From assembly GCA_032718475.1 (NCBI GenBank), contig JAUCBJ010007678.1:1-32010 (forward strand): a stretch of DNA of 32,010 bases, in the 5' to 3' direction. Below are positions 10,831 through 23,870 of the stretch, one piece after another. The notes beneath the pieces are model-generated. The model saw only the letters and a program-made list of their open reading frames with translations, did not search any database and was not told the origin of the DNA. The position numbers and the translations under genes are program-made. Origin of the DNA: Nemertoderma westbladi. Lineage: Eukaryota; Animalia; Xenacoelomorpha. Position 1 is the stretch's first letter, and the number at the start of each line of letters is the position of its first letter.

Positions 10831-12313
10831 AGAACGCCCAAATCTCCGTTATTTTACGACGAAATTCTTCGTTTTTTGTTTCCGAAAAATATTTTTATTC
10901 CAAAATTGTAACATTACTCAACGCCTTTAGTATTAACAGCAAGTTGTTATTTAGCACTTTATAACTTTTGAGGATATTACAGCATTGTATTGGCCTGTAC
11001 ATTTAGTATAGTATTTGGTGTTAACCGTTAAGTAATGTCCCATTAGTGGACATTACAACACGCCGTCATTGGTAACCACGTAAACAATAGGTGGAAATTT
11101 GACTGACAGCCAGATAGGCCTACTGCATTACCTACCGGTAGGCGGGATATAGCTATTAATAACCAGTAGGGCCTAGCTATATTATTATAACATGGCTCCA
11201 AACGCCACCATAAATATAAGCTAACTTATTTATAACATAATTTATGTCATTTTTACAATTATTTATTCAGCAACTAATATAATTTGTGCAGTTTCTATCA
11301 CATATAATGTATATGCTCAATCATTTCGTAATGTTAAAAATTTGGAATAAAACTACATACATACTTGTTGCAAAGTACATTAGTGTTCTGATCCTCGTGG
11401 CTTTATTTTCACTCACTCACTAACGTTCGTTCGTGTAACAAAGCCACTCGGATCATCACACTGTAAAGTGCTACTTTACACACAAGTATGTAAATAGTTA
11501 TTACATATTTGAAATTCTTGCACGGCGAGCTTTCCATTGCTATCAACAAATTACTATAAGGTTGAAAAATAACTGCAGTACGACTGGCGCAATATCGACG
11601 GCGACACCTTTTTTTAAACACTTGTAGCTAAATATTGAAAGCGAAAATAACAATTCTGGTTCACCCAGTCAGTGGTCGGGAGGTGAAACTAACTCTGTTT
11701 CAAATTTAATGCAATCTCATTAAGATTTGTAGAAAAATTTGGGGGGGGGGGGCGTGTCACTGAATTACGACACTATATTCCAGGACTTGGTGTATTCAAA
11801 TTGCACTAGTGAGATCTATAATCAATAGTCATTTAATTTATCTTATAATGAATTCTAGACCGATTACAATACAAGTAAATTACATTTAATTAGTTACAAA
11901 TTTTGTAAATTACGTAAAATGGCCGCTAGCCGCGGCCATTCGCCGCTCCTCTCAAGCCAGTGTAAAAAAATCTGGTCTTTGGGTACCCAAGTTATGGTAA
12001 TGCCGTTTATTGTTTACGGCCATTTGAATTTTATTCTTCAATGCCATACATACTTTGTCTCAGAATGCATATTATTATTCGTCCGGCTTCACGCCCCGGT
12101 GGCTATATTCGGTAAAAGGTCGGGCTAAATTTCCAGATTTCTAGAGATACATACACCCATGATACATAATTTACAATGTTTACAAACACAAATTAATTAA
12201 CGTTTCAGGCAGTTCCAACATCAGTCATAATATGCACAATTTATATTATATGTTTTAAAACCAACCCAAAGTATACAGTTACAAGGTTTACGTTAGCCTA
12301 GTTCCCTAGTTTG

Positions 12314-13550
12314 TTAGTTAACGTTGAAGTATTCCAAGACTCGTGTGTGTTTCTGTTTAAAGCTCAAACTCTGTAATCCGTATGTAGATTTAATAAATGA
12401 CACAGTTATTAACTCTTGTATTGTTAGACACCCAGTTTCAATCTCCGATTGGATACATTTTTTACTATAAAGTCCATTCAGCAAGTTTATGAGAGATGGT
12501 ATTGGATAGTTTATGGCGGCGGAGTTGAACGCACTTCCCAGCCCCTGATACTTCTGATTTTTGTTTTCCAATAATAGTATCAGTAGGAGTTTTTGGATAC
12601 TATTATTAGGACATGATGGAATTCTAATTATCACGGATAAAATTTCACGATATATCATCACTCTGAGCGGCAACGTATTTAGGAGTTCGTATATAACCTG
12701 GTTATTTGCATAACGTCCCAAATGGAGTAACTTTCGCAAAATCTTTCTATAGGTTACATCCTATTCCTGCAATATCTTGTTTCGACAGTCCACCCAGATA
12801 GAATCGTGTGCTATATAAAATCTTCGGGAGAGCGTATGAAGTCCATAGTTTTGCAATTGTGTTCAAGCTAAACCATTCAGGGATCCAACTATTCCGTAGA
12901 AACTCGTTTGAGATACCATACAAAATACTATCTATTTCACCGTTTATTTTGTTTGCACTTGAGAATAACTTTACTCCAAGGAATTTAATCCGGTCACTGG
13001 ATTTTATTTGTTTCCCAATAATTACAAGTTGATTTGATGACTCTTCTTGCTGTTTTGATATACATATCCATTTGGTTTTTGAACACTCAATATCTAGGTT
13101 AATTTTCGATGCACTTTTCATTAATACGGTGGCGAGTCGAGTTATGTCATGTCTGTTTGTTGATATAAGCAGATAATCATCGGCGTAACAAACTGCTCCT
13201 ATCCATTCAGAGGCTATATGGCTTCCCAGCTGAGAGTTCTCCATATCATCCATTATCTCAGAAGTATAAAAATTAAAAAGCAATGGTGACAAAATTGATC
13301 CTTGTTTTACTCCGTTTGATACTCTGAACCCATTAATATCCACGAGATTATCAAATTTACAGAACATTTCTGTTACTTCATAATAGCTAATTAGCAGAAG
13401 AGTTATATATGGGTCTACGAACTTTGATAGGTTTCTAAATAGTTTCACATGATTGACGCTATCAAATGCCGAAGCTATGTCCATTTGGCATAAATATACT
13501 GGGACTTTACGTTTTCGATAATATTCTATACGACTAGTGTAGTGAATCAA
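12314..13550 (-). mobile_element. 5'-truncated non-LTR retrotransposon (LINE) RT fragment, frameshifted near 12745; clade uncertain, possibly RTEX-like
   Basis: CQMDIASAFDSVNH, GVKQGSILSPLLFNFY, CYADD, IKFLGV; post-RT region continues in ORF 12314-12739. Confidence 0.9.
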
Positions 13551-13769
13551 ATACTTGTCATAGGCTAAAAAGCGATTTAATATCTAGAAGACATCTTAAT
13601 TTGGCGGGTTAAACTGCCAAAGGTCTGAAAGCGCGAACAGCTTCCCTAGCAACCACGTTGCTATGGAGCTACAGCCAAAACGGCTAATGCTACGGAGTTG
13701 GGACCGGCGCCAATCGATAGGCAGCATATGGGTTTACATTGAAAAGTGTTATTTTTAAAAGCGCCCGAT

Positions 13770-15060
13770 CATGATCTTGACCGTGATCAGCAAAGATCAG
13801 TTTTGATCAGGGATCGGACACTCAAGGCTTGCTCCAATCGAAAAACTTAACATTACAAAAAGATTAAGCGACCCCACATTAGTCATGATTCCCGTTAAAA
13901 GATTTTCAAAAAAGTGAATTCTTCCTGATCAAAACGCAAGATCATGATCGCGCAAAGATCGGACTTCGTAAAATCGTAACTAAGCATTTTGGATATAAAC
14001 AATTACTGTAGGAATCGTTCAGAACAACGCCCTGAGTCGATTAAAAAAAAAATTGGCTCGATCGGACAACCGGTTCTCGAGATCTGATACCTGATCATTA
14101 AAGATCAGATTTTTTAGTTTTTTCAGATTTTCTCGAAAACTTTGTTTGAGACCCCCGATTTTTTTTTACGAATCGACTTCTATGATGAAGGGGCAACTTT
14201 TGAGCATTTCGAAATTTTCAAAAAGCGATTTGATCAGGCCGCGATCAGAAAAGATCGTGTTTTCGGTTTTATTTCGAAGACCAAGTCCTGGGAGTTCACC
14301 GTATGGAAAAACTTAACATCACAAAAAGATTCCTCACCCTCGAATTATGGGGGGTAGCCAAAATTTGGGCATAAAAAAGTTCAAGTCTAGTGGGTCAAAA
14401 CTCAAGATCATGATCGAGAAAAGATCAGTATATTTAAAATCGAATCTAAGCATTTTTCTAATAAACATTCATTGTAAGAAATGTGCAATGGTCTATTCTG
14501 AGTTGATTAAAAAAAAATTGGCTCGATCGGGCAACCGGTTCTCGAGATCAGCTTCCTGATCATAAAAGATCGTGTTTTTCGGTTTTTCCCAATTTTCTCG
14601 AAAACTTTGTTTAAGACCCCCGAATTTTTTTTTACTAATCGACTTCTATTAAGAAGGGGCAACTTTTGTGCATTTCAAAATTTTCAAAAAGCGATTTGAT
14701 CAAGCCATGATCAGGAAAGATCATGTTTTCGGTTTTATTTCGAAGACCAAGTCCTATGAGTTCACCGTATGAAAAAACTTAACATTACAAAAAGATTCCT
14801 CACCCTCGAATTAGGGGGGGTAGCCAAAATTTGACCATAAAAAAGTTCAATTCTAGGGGGTCAAAAGATCATGATCGCAAAATGATCAGTTTTTTCGTAA
14901 TTACTTCTGAGCATTTTGGGGCAAAACTTTCAAATTAAAAAACATTCACTGGAATGTTCTAAGTAGATTAAAAAAAATTTCGACTCAATAGGCCTACCGG
15001 TACCGGAGATATGGTCGTCCAAAGTCTGCTTCCGCTGCTTCCGGTAATTTGAAAATATTT
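13770..15060. repeat. ~2.7 copies of a GATC-rich 466-bp tandem unit, probably the interior of a non-autonomous TE
   Basis: AAAAACTTAACATYACAAAAAGATT at 13841, 14307 and 14773 (period 466); long matching blocks between ~14040-14420 and ~14505-14885. Confidence 0.88.
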
Positions 15061-16034
15061 CGAAAACCCTTGATCGAATTTTTTCCTTGAAAATATGTGA
15101 ATGTACAGTTAGTGGACCCGCATCTAACGATATATCACAATCCATATTTCGGATGACAGGTACCGGTGAAATCAGACTTTACCGAAAAAAATTCAAATTT
15201 TAGCTACTCATGTCTGAATATCTCGAAAACTATAATAGGTATGGAAATACTTTCACTGCAAGAAATGTTCGCCTATCCAATGCGCTTCTAACTGTGTGCT
15301 TGGATTTTGCATAGTGTCAAAACCTACAACTTAACCCCCCCAGCGGAGGGAACGGAGTGACCGGAGCGCCAGTACTATCTTTCATTATTATGAAGTAATA
15401 AGGGCGGTGGGTGGGGTAGGTGGTGAACACTATTTATAGGGTGGAGGGAGGGTCTAGTATATATTACTTTAGGATATTTGATTTCTTTGCAATATAGTTT
15501 AGCTGCCTCAGTCTTATTTGTAATATGTTATACATTATACCAAATTATATCAAGTTTTAACATACTACATTGTCTACCTGTAGGATAAATATACAATGTA
15601 GGGCTCATAATATATTTATAAATAGATTTAGTATATTTACATTGTATAACAGAGTTAATTGATACTATTACGGTATTATACTAAAGACACCGCTTTGATA
15701 TATCTGATCAAATGGCAATTTCTTGTATATTATCTATTTCACTATCTTGGGTATATCATTCAATTTCTAAAACTATAATAATAAAAATTTACTTCACTTC
15801 TTGTTTACTCGCATGGATATATTGATATAAAACACTTGAAGTATAATATCTTATAGGGCCAAACGCAGATTAATCGGAATAATATGTTTAATTATTATTA
15901 CAATTGGCACATTGAAGTAAGTAGTACATGAGTTTGATAAAATAATTATGAATCTGTATCTTATTCTACTTTGTCTATATGATTATGTTATATAATAATG
16001 TTACTTTATCACTTTGGTTTAAACCGATCTCCTT

Positions 16035-16100
16035 TACTATCACTTACTACTTATACTACTACTACTACTACTATTACTACTACTGCTACTGACTACTACA
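16035..16100. repeat. (TAC)n microsatellite, imperfect
   Basis: tactactactactactactattactactactgctactgactactac. Confidence 0.85.
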
Positions 16101-16189
16101 GAGTTATATATTATAAGAGGATGGGGTTCGTGATTATTAGTTATTATACAAGTGCCCCTCGGCTATAGAGAGTCCACCCTCGGTTGCTT

Positions 16190-17340
16190 ACTGGATTTCC
16201 CCTACTTCTTGATGCAGTAGAGGGTGTTACAATCACCCAATCTTTATTAAGAAGGTCTAAGAACATGCGTAGAACATAATCAACCACAATTACAAATAGG
16301 AATGGTGCAGATGTGTCACCGTGAAGGACTCCCCATAAGACTTTGAATGGATCTGTGTATCTATCCATCAGCAGTTAGACACAAATGTGGTGGAACCATC
16401 GAACAGTGATCTGATAATTTCCTCAGGCATCCCATATGCTGCAAGTATACTGAACATTCGTGGTCGGGAGACTGAGTCGAAGGCATTGCAGAAGTCAACA
16501 ATAGCCAGATGCCTGTCTTTCTTTTTAGATAACTCTTCAATTATCCTTTAAGTGCCAGAATAGGCTCCATGGTCCCACGACCTTTTGCGGAATTACGAAC
16601 CCATTTTAGTTGCACGTATCAGTGTCTCAACAGGAGCCCTGATGCGATTTAATATAATTATGTTGTAGAGCATTCGCAGCACTCGAGATCAATGAGATTC
16701 CACGAAAAGATCAATATGTGGCCCTTCTTTGGGGCAGGGACCAACCTCTTTTTGTTTTCAGTTCTTGACGGACTCTCTTTATCCTATACATGTCCACAAT
16801 AATGGGGTGAATGAGCTCCAAACACTCAGGAATTTTTAAATACCACAGGGGGCCCCATCTACTCCACTGGCACAATTGGCCTTGATGCTCCTAGCTGCAG
16901 TCTTGATTTCAGTAAAGGAGATGTCACCAATGAGTGGGCGTTCCTACCTTTGAGGCGTTCAACTGGAGATTGCAGCCTTAACCTTGGTGCTTGGTTGGCT
17001 TTTCCTTTCGGAATGCTGGACTGATGGCCTGCTATCAACAGCATTGTTAATATCATCAACCTGCTCATTGATAAGCTCCTTCATGCCAGCAGAGTGCTCT
17101 GGCTGTTAAGGGACATAGATACAGCCTGTCCATACTGCCTGGCCTAGTGTGCCCGAGTCACCGTCAGTGCAGGACTCATCACTGGAGATGGGTCGAAGTG
17201 TAAATGCACTAGTCTTGTACAGAGCTCCTGTACTTCCTACGAAACAGAATGAGGTCTATCAAAGACTTGTGGTCACTGGGTCTAGTATGAGTCCATAGCC
17301 CTCCAGTTCACCAAAGGGTTGTGCCACATAGGCCCAGCGA
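16190..17340 (-). mobile_element. Highly decayed RTE-like LINE fragment (N-terminal half of RT and upstream region)
   Basis: Minus-strand peptides GISLISSA, VDFCNAFDSVSRPRMFSILAAYGMPEEII and DPFKVLWGVLHGDTSAPFLFVIVVDYVLR (cf. GVLQGDTLAPFLF); many frameshifts; upper boundary approximate. Confidence 0.8.
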
Positions 17341-18477
17341 CATGGTACACATTTTTGATCACTTCGTAATTTTAATATATCATCTAGAAAACCAGATTGG
17401 CGCCACTACTGCCAAACATGATAAATGAATAGTCATGGTTATGGGATGCTCATGCTTTGCTTTTGTCTGAATAAACCCGTTAAATATATTTCTAAATGAT
17501 ATTTATAAACATGTAAAAACATCGAACTTGTTTTGAGCAATAACCGACCCCCCCCCCCCCCCCCCCCCTCCCCTCCTAATAAGACTAATGGGGTATAATA
17601 AACCAAAACCGAGAAATATAATAAAACATGAAAGTTGATTTATAAATTGAGGTAAGGGCGACGGCTTTTCACGAGAAAATCCATAACCTGCGGGTTGAAG
17701 TTGCGGAGTTATGATTACCACTGACTAATCTCGTGGTAGAAACTAGAAAGTAGTTTTTTAAATTTTAACAAAAACATCTCACTTTTGGATGTGAATTACA
17801 AAGACGAAAATTAATAATTGTTTGTATCGTCTAATTTTTTATTTACATCTTAAACAGATGAAAAAATTAAATAAAAAGCTAATGAGATTTATTCATTATT
17901 ATTGGATTGCTAACATGTTTATTATTCACTAATATTTCCATTGCCAAAGGTTTATACTGGTTAAATAATGCAACTAAAGTCATCATTATTATCATTATAT
18001 TTGAAGTACATGAAAATATTGGAAGAAGATTTTTGGAAGAAATTGCAAAATAATGAGAATGGGGCGCCATAAAATAGAAGCAAAAATAAAGTAATAAACA
18101 TAAAGTACCTATGATGTACAACAGCACCGAAAGTATTAAACTTAATCAATTAATTAATGCAAGATTTAATGATTTAATTTAAATATTAATTTTAATAAAT
18201 AATTATTAAATATAATCCGAACCAATGAAAATAAATCAATTAGCACAATAATTAATTAGTAAGGACGTCAGACAAGACAATAACATTTCACCAAATTTCC
18301 ACTCAACAGTTTCTCCACCGCCGTTCCCCGGTCGTTCCACCAATCGCCACGCCTCGTTGGCCCCGCCCCAATCCATTATCAATTAATTAATTGAATTTAA
18401 TTAAAATTAAAATTAATTTAAATAAAATAACAACATTAATTACACACTTAAATTACAGACTTATATTAACTACATAA

Positions 18478-19102
18478 TTACACGTTCGTGGGGACTTCGC
18501 GCAGCACGTAGTCGGCAAGCCTTGGCATAAGGTTCATATAGAGCAAATGGGGCATGTCTAGTTTGGACCCAATATCCCATGCTATAAATGTATTCATTCG
18601 ATATACAATCATATGTTAATCCGCTAGGTGGTGTCAAATTGTTATTCTGCAATTTCGTACTTACCAGTGCAGCACTGTACAGCAGTACCGTACCGGTAGG
18701 CCTATGTCATTACTTCTGAGTCTCTAGCGGATCCCCAATTAAATGTCTTAACTTTTCAATTTCGTAAAAGATAGACTTCATGATTCTCTACAGGCCACCA
18801 AAATTTCAGCTCAGGAAAATGAGGCCTTCCCGAGAAATTTAACATTTTCTAAAAACCACATAATCTGTCGTAGCTGACGTCAGACTGCATGATTTTTCAC
18901 CAAACTTTACAAACTTTCTAAACTTTCTCTCTACTACTTACCTACTAAGTTTGGTTCAATTCCGAACGAGCGATGCCGAGAAATTCGCGTTCAAACATTT
19001 ACCAGACAGACGGACAGACAGACAGACGGACAGACGGACATGCCCCATTTGCCCTATATGAACCGTATGCAAAGGCTCGCCGACTACGTGTCTCGCCCCA
19101 CA
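18478..19102 (-). mobile_element. DINE-1/Helentron-associated-like non-autonomous element A
   Basis: 54-bp inverted arms 18505-18558 / 19037-19090 (4 mismatches); (GTCY)n microsatellite next to the 5' arm; ends TGTGGGGCGAG...GCTGCGCGAAGTCCCCAC..CGTGTAA shared with 23236-23771. Confidence 0.7.
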
Positions 19103-19469
19103 GTTGGTGTAGTGAAAAAAAAAACAAACCATTATAATAGTGAATATTCTCGTAAACCCGAGATGTAAAGAATCATTGTTTTCGCTCACTAACAGTCGCT
19201 TGGAAATTATTCACATCGGGATCAGCGGGATATAAAGCACTATTTTATTTCCATGTAATACGTGATTTTATTCCTAAAAATTGACGTATTGCCTGATTGA
19301 CATAAAACAAAAATATTTATATTGCAAGATTAAAATAAAATGCCTTTAAGAAACGAAAGTAGTTCAAAAAATATCGGCCCTGCAACTCAATACACTGACT
19401 GAGTATGGGGAAAATGTTGATATATCGACATTCTGCAAGGATTGCTACACGTCCCGAAAGCACAGGGAA

Positions 19470-19610
19470 GATCGTTTGAAGATAACCATCACCAGCACCA
19501 TCAAAACTATCAACTTCCTGACCTATTTTGTTACATACACCAACATCACCATTAGAAGGGATGCGCAAAGAAGGTTATACCTGTTAATTAAATTAATTAG
19601 GCATTCCCAG
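19470..19610 (+). mobile_element. Possible decayed LINE C-terminal fragment
   Basis: TNITIRRDAQRRLYLLIKL resembles the KAQQRLYFLRKL-type post-RT motif of CR1-group/Rex LINEs; single motif only. Confidence 0.3.
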
Positions 19611-19633
19611 TACATAGAAACTAAGACGTATAT

Positions 19634-22118
19634 GCTGGCATACACTATAGGCACGCTGCAATACACGGTTGGCTACCATACACGGTACGCTGCCATACAC
19701 GGTACGTTGCAATAAACTGGTACGCTGCCATACACGGTACGTTGCAATAAACTGGTACGCTGCCATACACGGCACGCTGCCATACACGGTAGGCTGCCAT
19801 ACACGGTACGCTGCAATAAACTGGTACGCTGCCATACACGGTACGTTGCAAGAAACTGGTACGCTGCCATACACGGCACGCTGCCATACACGGTACGCTG
19901 CCATACACGGTACGCTGCAATAAACTGGTACGCTGCCATACACGGTACGTTGCAATAAACTGGTACGCTGCCATACACGGTACGCTGCCATACACGGTAC
20001 GCTGGCATACACGGTACGCTGCCATACACGGTACGCTGCCATACACGGTACGCTGCCATACACGGTACGCTGGCATACACTAGACACGCTGTAATACACG
20101 GTTGGCTGCCATACACGGTACGCTGCAATAAACTGGTACGCTGCAATAAACTGGTACGCTGCCATACACGGTATGCTGCAATAAACTGGTACGCTGCAAT
20201 ACACGGTTGGCTGCCATACACGGTACGCTGCAATAAACTGGTACGCTGCCATACATGGTACGCTGCAATAAACTGGTACGCTGCCATAGACGGTACGCTG
20301 CAATAAACTGGTACGCTGCCATCCACGGTACGCTGCAATAAACTGGTACGCTGCATACACGGTTGGCTGCCATACACAGTAGGCTGCCATACACGGTACG
20401 CTGCCATACACAGTACGCTGCTATACACTGTAGGCTGCCATACACGGTTGGCTGCCATACATGGTACGCTGCCATACACCGTATGCTGCCAAACATGGTA
20501 CGCTGCCATACACAGTACGCTGCCATACACTGTAGGCTGCCATACACAGTAGGCTGCCATACATGGTACGCTGCCATACACGGTAGGCTGCTATATGGTA
20601 CGCTGCCATACACGGTACGCTGCCGTACACGGTACGCTGCCATACACAGTACGCTGCCATACACTGTAGGCTGCCATACACAGTAGGCTGCCATACACGG
20701 TAGGCTGCTATATGGTACGCTGCCATACACGGTACGCTGCCGTACACGGTACGCTGCCATACACAGTACGCCGCCATACACTGTAGGCTGCCATACACAG
20801 TAGGCTGCCATACACGGTTGGCTGCCATACATGGTACGCTGTCATACACGGTAGGCTGCCATACCTGGTACGCTGCCATACACAGTGCGCTGCCATACAC
20901 AGTAGGCTGTCATACACGGTAGGCTGCCATACATGGTACGCTGCCATACACGGTAGGCTGACATACACAGCACGCTGCCATACACAGTAGGCTGCCATAC
21001 ATGGTACGCTGCCATACACGGTAGACTGCCATACACGGTACGCTGTCATACACGGTATGCTGCAATACATGGTAGGCTGCCATACACGGTACGCTGCAAT
21101 ACACGGTAGGCTGCCATACACAGCACGCTGCCATACACAGTAGGCTGCCATACATGGTACGCTTCCATACACGGTAGACTGCCATACACGGTACGCTGCC
21201 ATACACGGTACGCTGCAATACACGGTTGGCTGCCATACACGGTATGCTGCAATACACGGTTGGCTGCCATACACGGTACGCTGCAATACACGGTTGGCTG
21301 CCATACATGGTACGCTGCCATACACGGTAGACTGCCATACACGGTACGCTTCCATACACAGCACGCTGCCATACACAGTAGGCTGCCATACATGGTACGC
21401 TGCCATACACGGTAGACTGCCATACACGGTACGCTGTCATACACGGTATGCTGCAATACACGGTAGGCTGCCATACACAGCACGCTGCCATACACAGTAG
21501 GCTGCCATACATGGTACGCTGCCATACACGGTAGACTGCCATACACGGTACGCTGCCATACACGGTACGCTGCAATACACGGTTGGCTGCCATACACGGT
21601 ATGCTGCAATAAACTGGTACGCTGCAATACACGGTTGGCTGCCATACATGGTACGCTGCAATAAACTGGTAGGCTGCCTACACGGTAGGCTGCCATACAC
21701 GGAAGGCTGCCATACACGGTTGGCTGCCATACATGGTACGCTGCCATACACAGTACGCTGCCATACACTGTACCCTGCCATACATGGTACGCTGCCATAC
21801 ACAGTACGCTGCCATACACTGTAGGCTGCCATACACGGTTGGCTGTCATACATGGTACGCTGCCATACACGGTAGGCTGCAATACACGGTACGCTGCCAT
21901 ACACAGTACGCTGCCATACACTGTACCCTGCCATACATGGTACGCTGCCATACACAGTACGCTGTCATACACTGTAGGCTGCCATACACGGTTGGCTGTC
22001 ATACATGGTACGCTGCCATACACGGTAGGCTGCAATACACGGTAGGCTGTCATACACGGTAGGCTGTCATACACGGTAGGCTGTCATACACGGTAGGCTG
22101 CACTGGTGTGCTGCCATA
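19634..22118. repeat. 17-bp minisatellite (~2.5 kb) with higher-order structure
   Basis: Monomer GCTGCCATACACGGTAC plus variants (GCTGCAATAAACTGGTAC, ...CACAGTAG, ...CGGTTG); all overlapping ORFs are repeat translations. Confidence 0.98.
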
Positions 22119-22147
22119 GAGGAAGACATTTTCACATTTACTGTATT

Positions 22148-22188
22148 AACGAAACGAAACACACATCATCAACGAAGTACTTTATATT
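22148..22188 (-). terminator. Candidate KLF polyadenylation signal (variant AATATAAA plus GU-rich downstream element)
   Basis: Minus strand AATATAAA at 22188-22181, followed by GATGTGTGTTTCGTTTCGTT; no canonical AATAAA seen between the stop and the satellite. Confidence 0.35.
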
Positions 22189-22379
22189 GTACTGCTACTG
22201 CATCACAGCGATATAATAATGTCCTTTAGACATAAATGTGCCACGTCACCATCAACACCGGTACCTTAATTAGCTAAAAGGCCGTCGACCCCAAATGTTA
22301 ATGCAACAATTGTCCGGTACTACTGCAGTAAACCACGATGCGTCACTGCACAAAGGTTAATAGGGTCGTTCATACCCAG

Positions 22380-22438
22380 TCAGTAGGAAGTGGGAGGTAG
22401 TCGTGTTCTAAACAGTTGATGACGTTGTGTATGAATAC
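22380..22438 (-). CDS. KLF: KLF transcription factor, coding exon 3 (end of ZF3 and stop)
   Basis: Acceptor TATATTTCCAG|GT ATT CAT ACA CAA CGT CAT...TAC TGA = (R)IHTQRHQLFRTRLPPTSY*; supplies both His ligands of finger 3, in phase with exon 2. Confidence 0.88.
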
Positions 22439-23235
22439 CTGGAAATATAATTATATTTGTTTGTTATCTATCGCGACAGGTACCGGTATAGACTATGTAG
22501 TATATATTGTATGTAGATAGATAGATGTTACACCTAACTGAACTGTACTTAGAGCTGAGCCAGTATATAGAAAATCGGCCAAAATAGAGGCGTTTTTTGA
22601 GCAAAAACTAAATGTCCTCAATCCCCAACAAACCATACATATTCTGAAAGATCATAGTCTGAGCTTAAATATAAACTGATATATACAGTAAAATGAAAAA
22701 TGCTGCTTGCCACTGTTAGAAATGAAACAAACGAGGAAACACGTCGCCGGGGGTTGAACCAGCGCTATAGGAGAATAATGCGAGTCAAACAGAGTGAATC
22801 TGCTCAGTGATAGATAGTGGTATATCTACTAAAATTTCACCATTGAAGGAAAAACTAGGTAACTAACATTCACATTCTAATGAACATTAGTAGGGATGTC
22901 CCGGAATCGATATTTGGATTCCGGCCGGAACCGGAATTCCAGCCGGAACCGGAATTCCGGCCGGAACCGGAATTTGTATAAATTAGTGAAATACACTAAA
23001 TGACCCATGAAACCTTATAATTTTTTTGTGAAATAAATGAATTTTGGCACATTACGGCCTATTATAAGGACGGGAGGGGAGTACTTCGGCCTTATACGAC
23101 AGGGAATTCAATTTCATTGTTTTTTTAAAAACCTATATCCTTGGCCAAAAGTTAGGTTTTTAGGCTCATACCTAAAAACCTACGTTGACCAGCGGTGTAT
23201 AGCCTAGTGTATTTGTGTAAGTGTAATATTGTATT

Positions 23236-23334
23236 TGTGGGGCGAGCCACGAAGTTGGCGGAGCCTTAGCGAATTGACACTGTTAGGGGGTGGGTCAATT
23301 TATGCAAATAGTTGTCGTCGTCGTCGTCGTCGTT

Positions 23335-23378
<44 letters not shown>

Positions 23379-23771
23379 AGTCGTCGTCGTTACGATTTTG
23401 ACATGCTAATAACTTTGTCGGATTTAAAGCTGCCAAGTTGAAAATTTGTAGGTATCAATATGAGCAAAAGTTGAGATTTTTGAGAAACTTTCAGACACCA
23501 TCAGTGCAGTGGTCTCCCGCTAGAGGGCCACATGTCTAAACATTAAATGCCCTCCCATTTCTTTGCTTTTAATCCGTTTAAGCTGAAACTTGGCAGATAT
23601 GTATTAGACCATTAGCTGTGACTTTCAAAGGAGGCGAATCCATCTGCAGTTCTCCAGTCTGCCGCTAGAGGGCCAACGTGACTATTTGCATAAATTGACC
23701 TACCCCCTAACAGTGTCAATTCGCTAAGGCTCTGCCAACTTCGTGCTGCGCGAAGTCCCCACTTCGTGTAA
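23236..23771 (+). mobile_element. DINE-1/Helentron-associated-like element B
   Basis: 65-bp inverted arms 23248-23312 / 23681-23745 (2 mismatches); (GTC)n microsatellite 23311-23390; 3' stem-loop ACTTCG-TGCTGCG-CGAAGT; same termini as element A. Confidence 0.72.
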
Positions 23772-23870
23772 CCAAGTAACATCAAGGACCCCCTTGGAAA
23801 TAAGCTGCAAAGCTTTAGGGGTAATCCTATGTTGTGTTGTAGTTGGACAATACCAATATTAATATTATCG
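23772..23870 (+). mobile_element. Possible L2/CR1-type 3' tail remnant with stem-loop
   Basis: AGGACCCCCTTGGAAATAAGCTGCAAAGCTTTAGGGGTAATCCT folds as a nested hairpin of the kind I recall from L2/CR1 3' UTRs; not verified. Confidence 0.35.

Noticed and set aside
11919-11939. Hairpin ATGGCCGC-TAGCC-GCGGCCAT with a YY1-like AAAATGGC
   Set aside because: Short and isolated; nothing supports a function.
17548-17568. Poly-C run (also poly-G near 11741)
   Set aside because: Simple homopolymers, common in such genomes and unreliable in length.
19593-22074. Many long Cys/Tyr-rich ORFs up to 342 aa
   Set aside because: A stop-free 17-bp repeat read in all frames; no unique coding context.
23229-23441. 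Poly-Arg, protamine-like ORF
   Set aside because: (GTC)n microsatellite within element B; non-ATG start.
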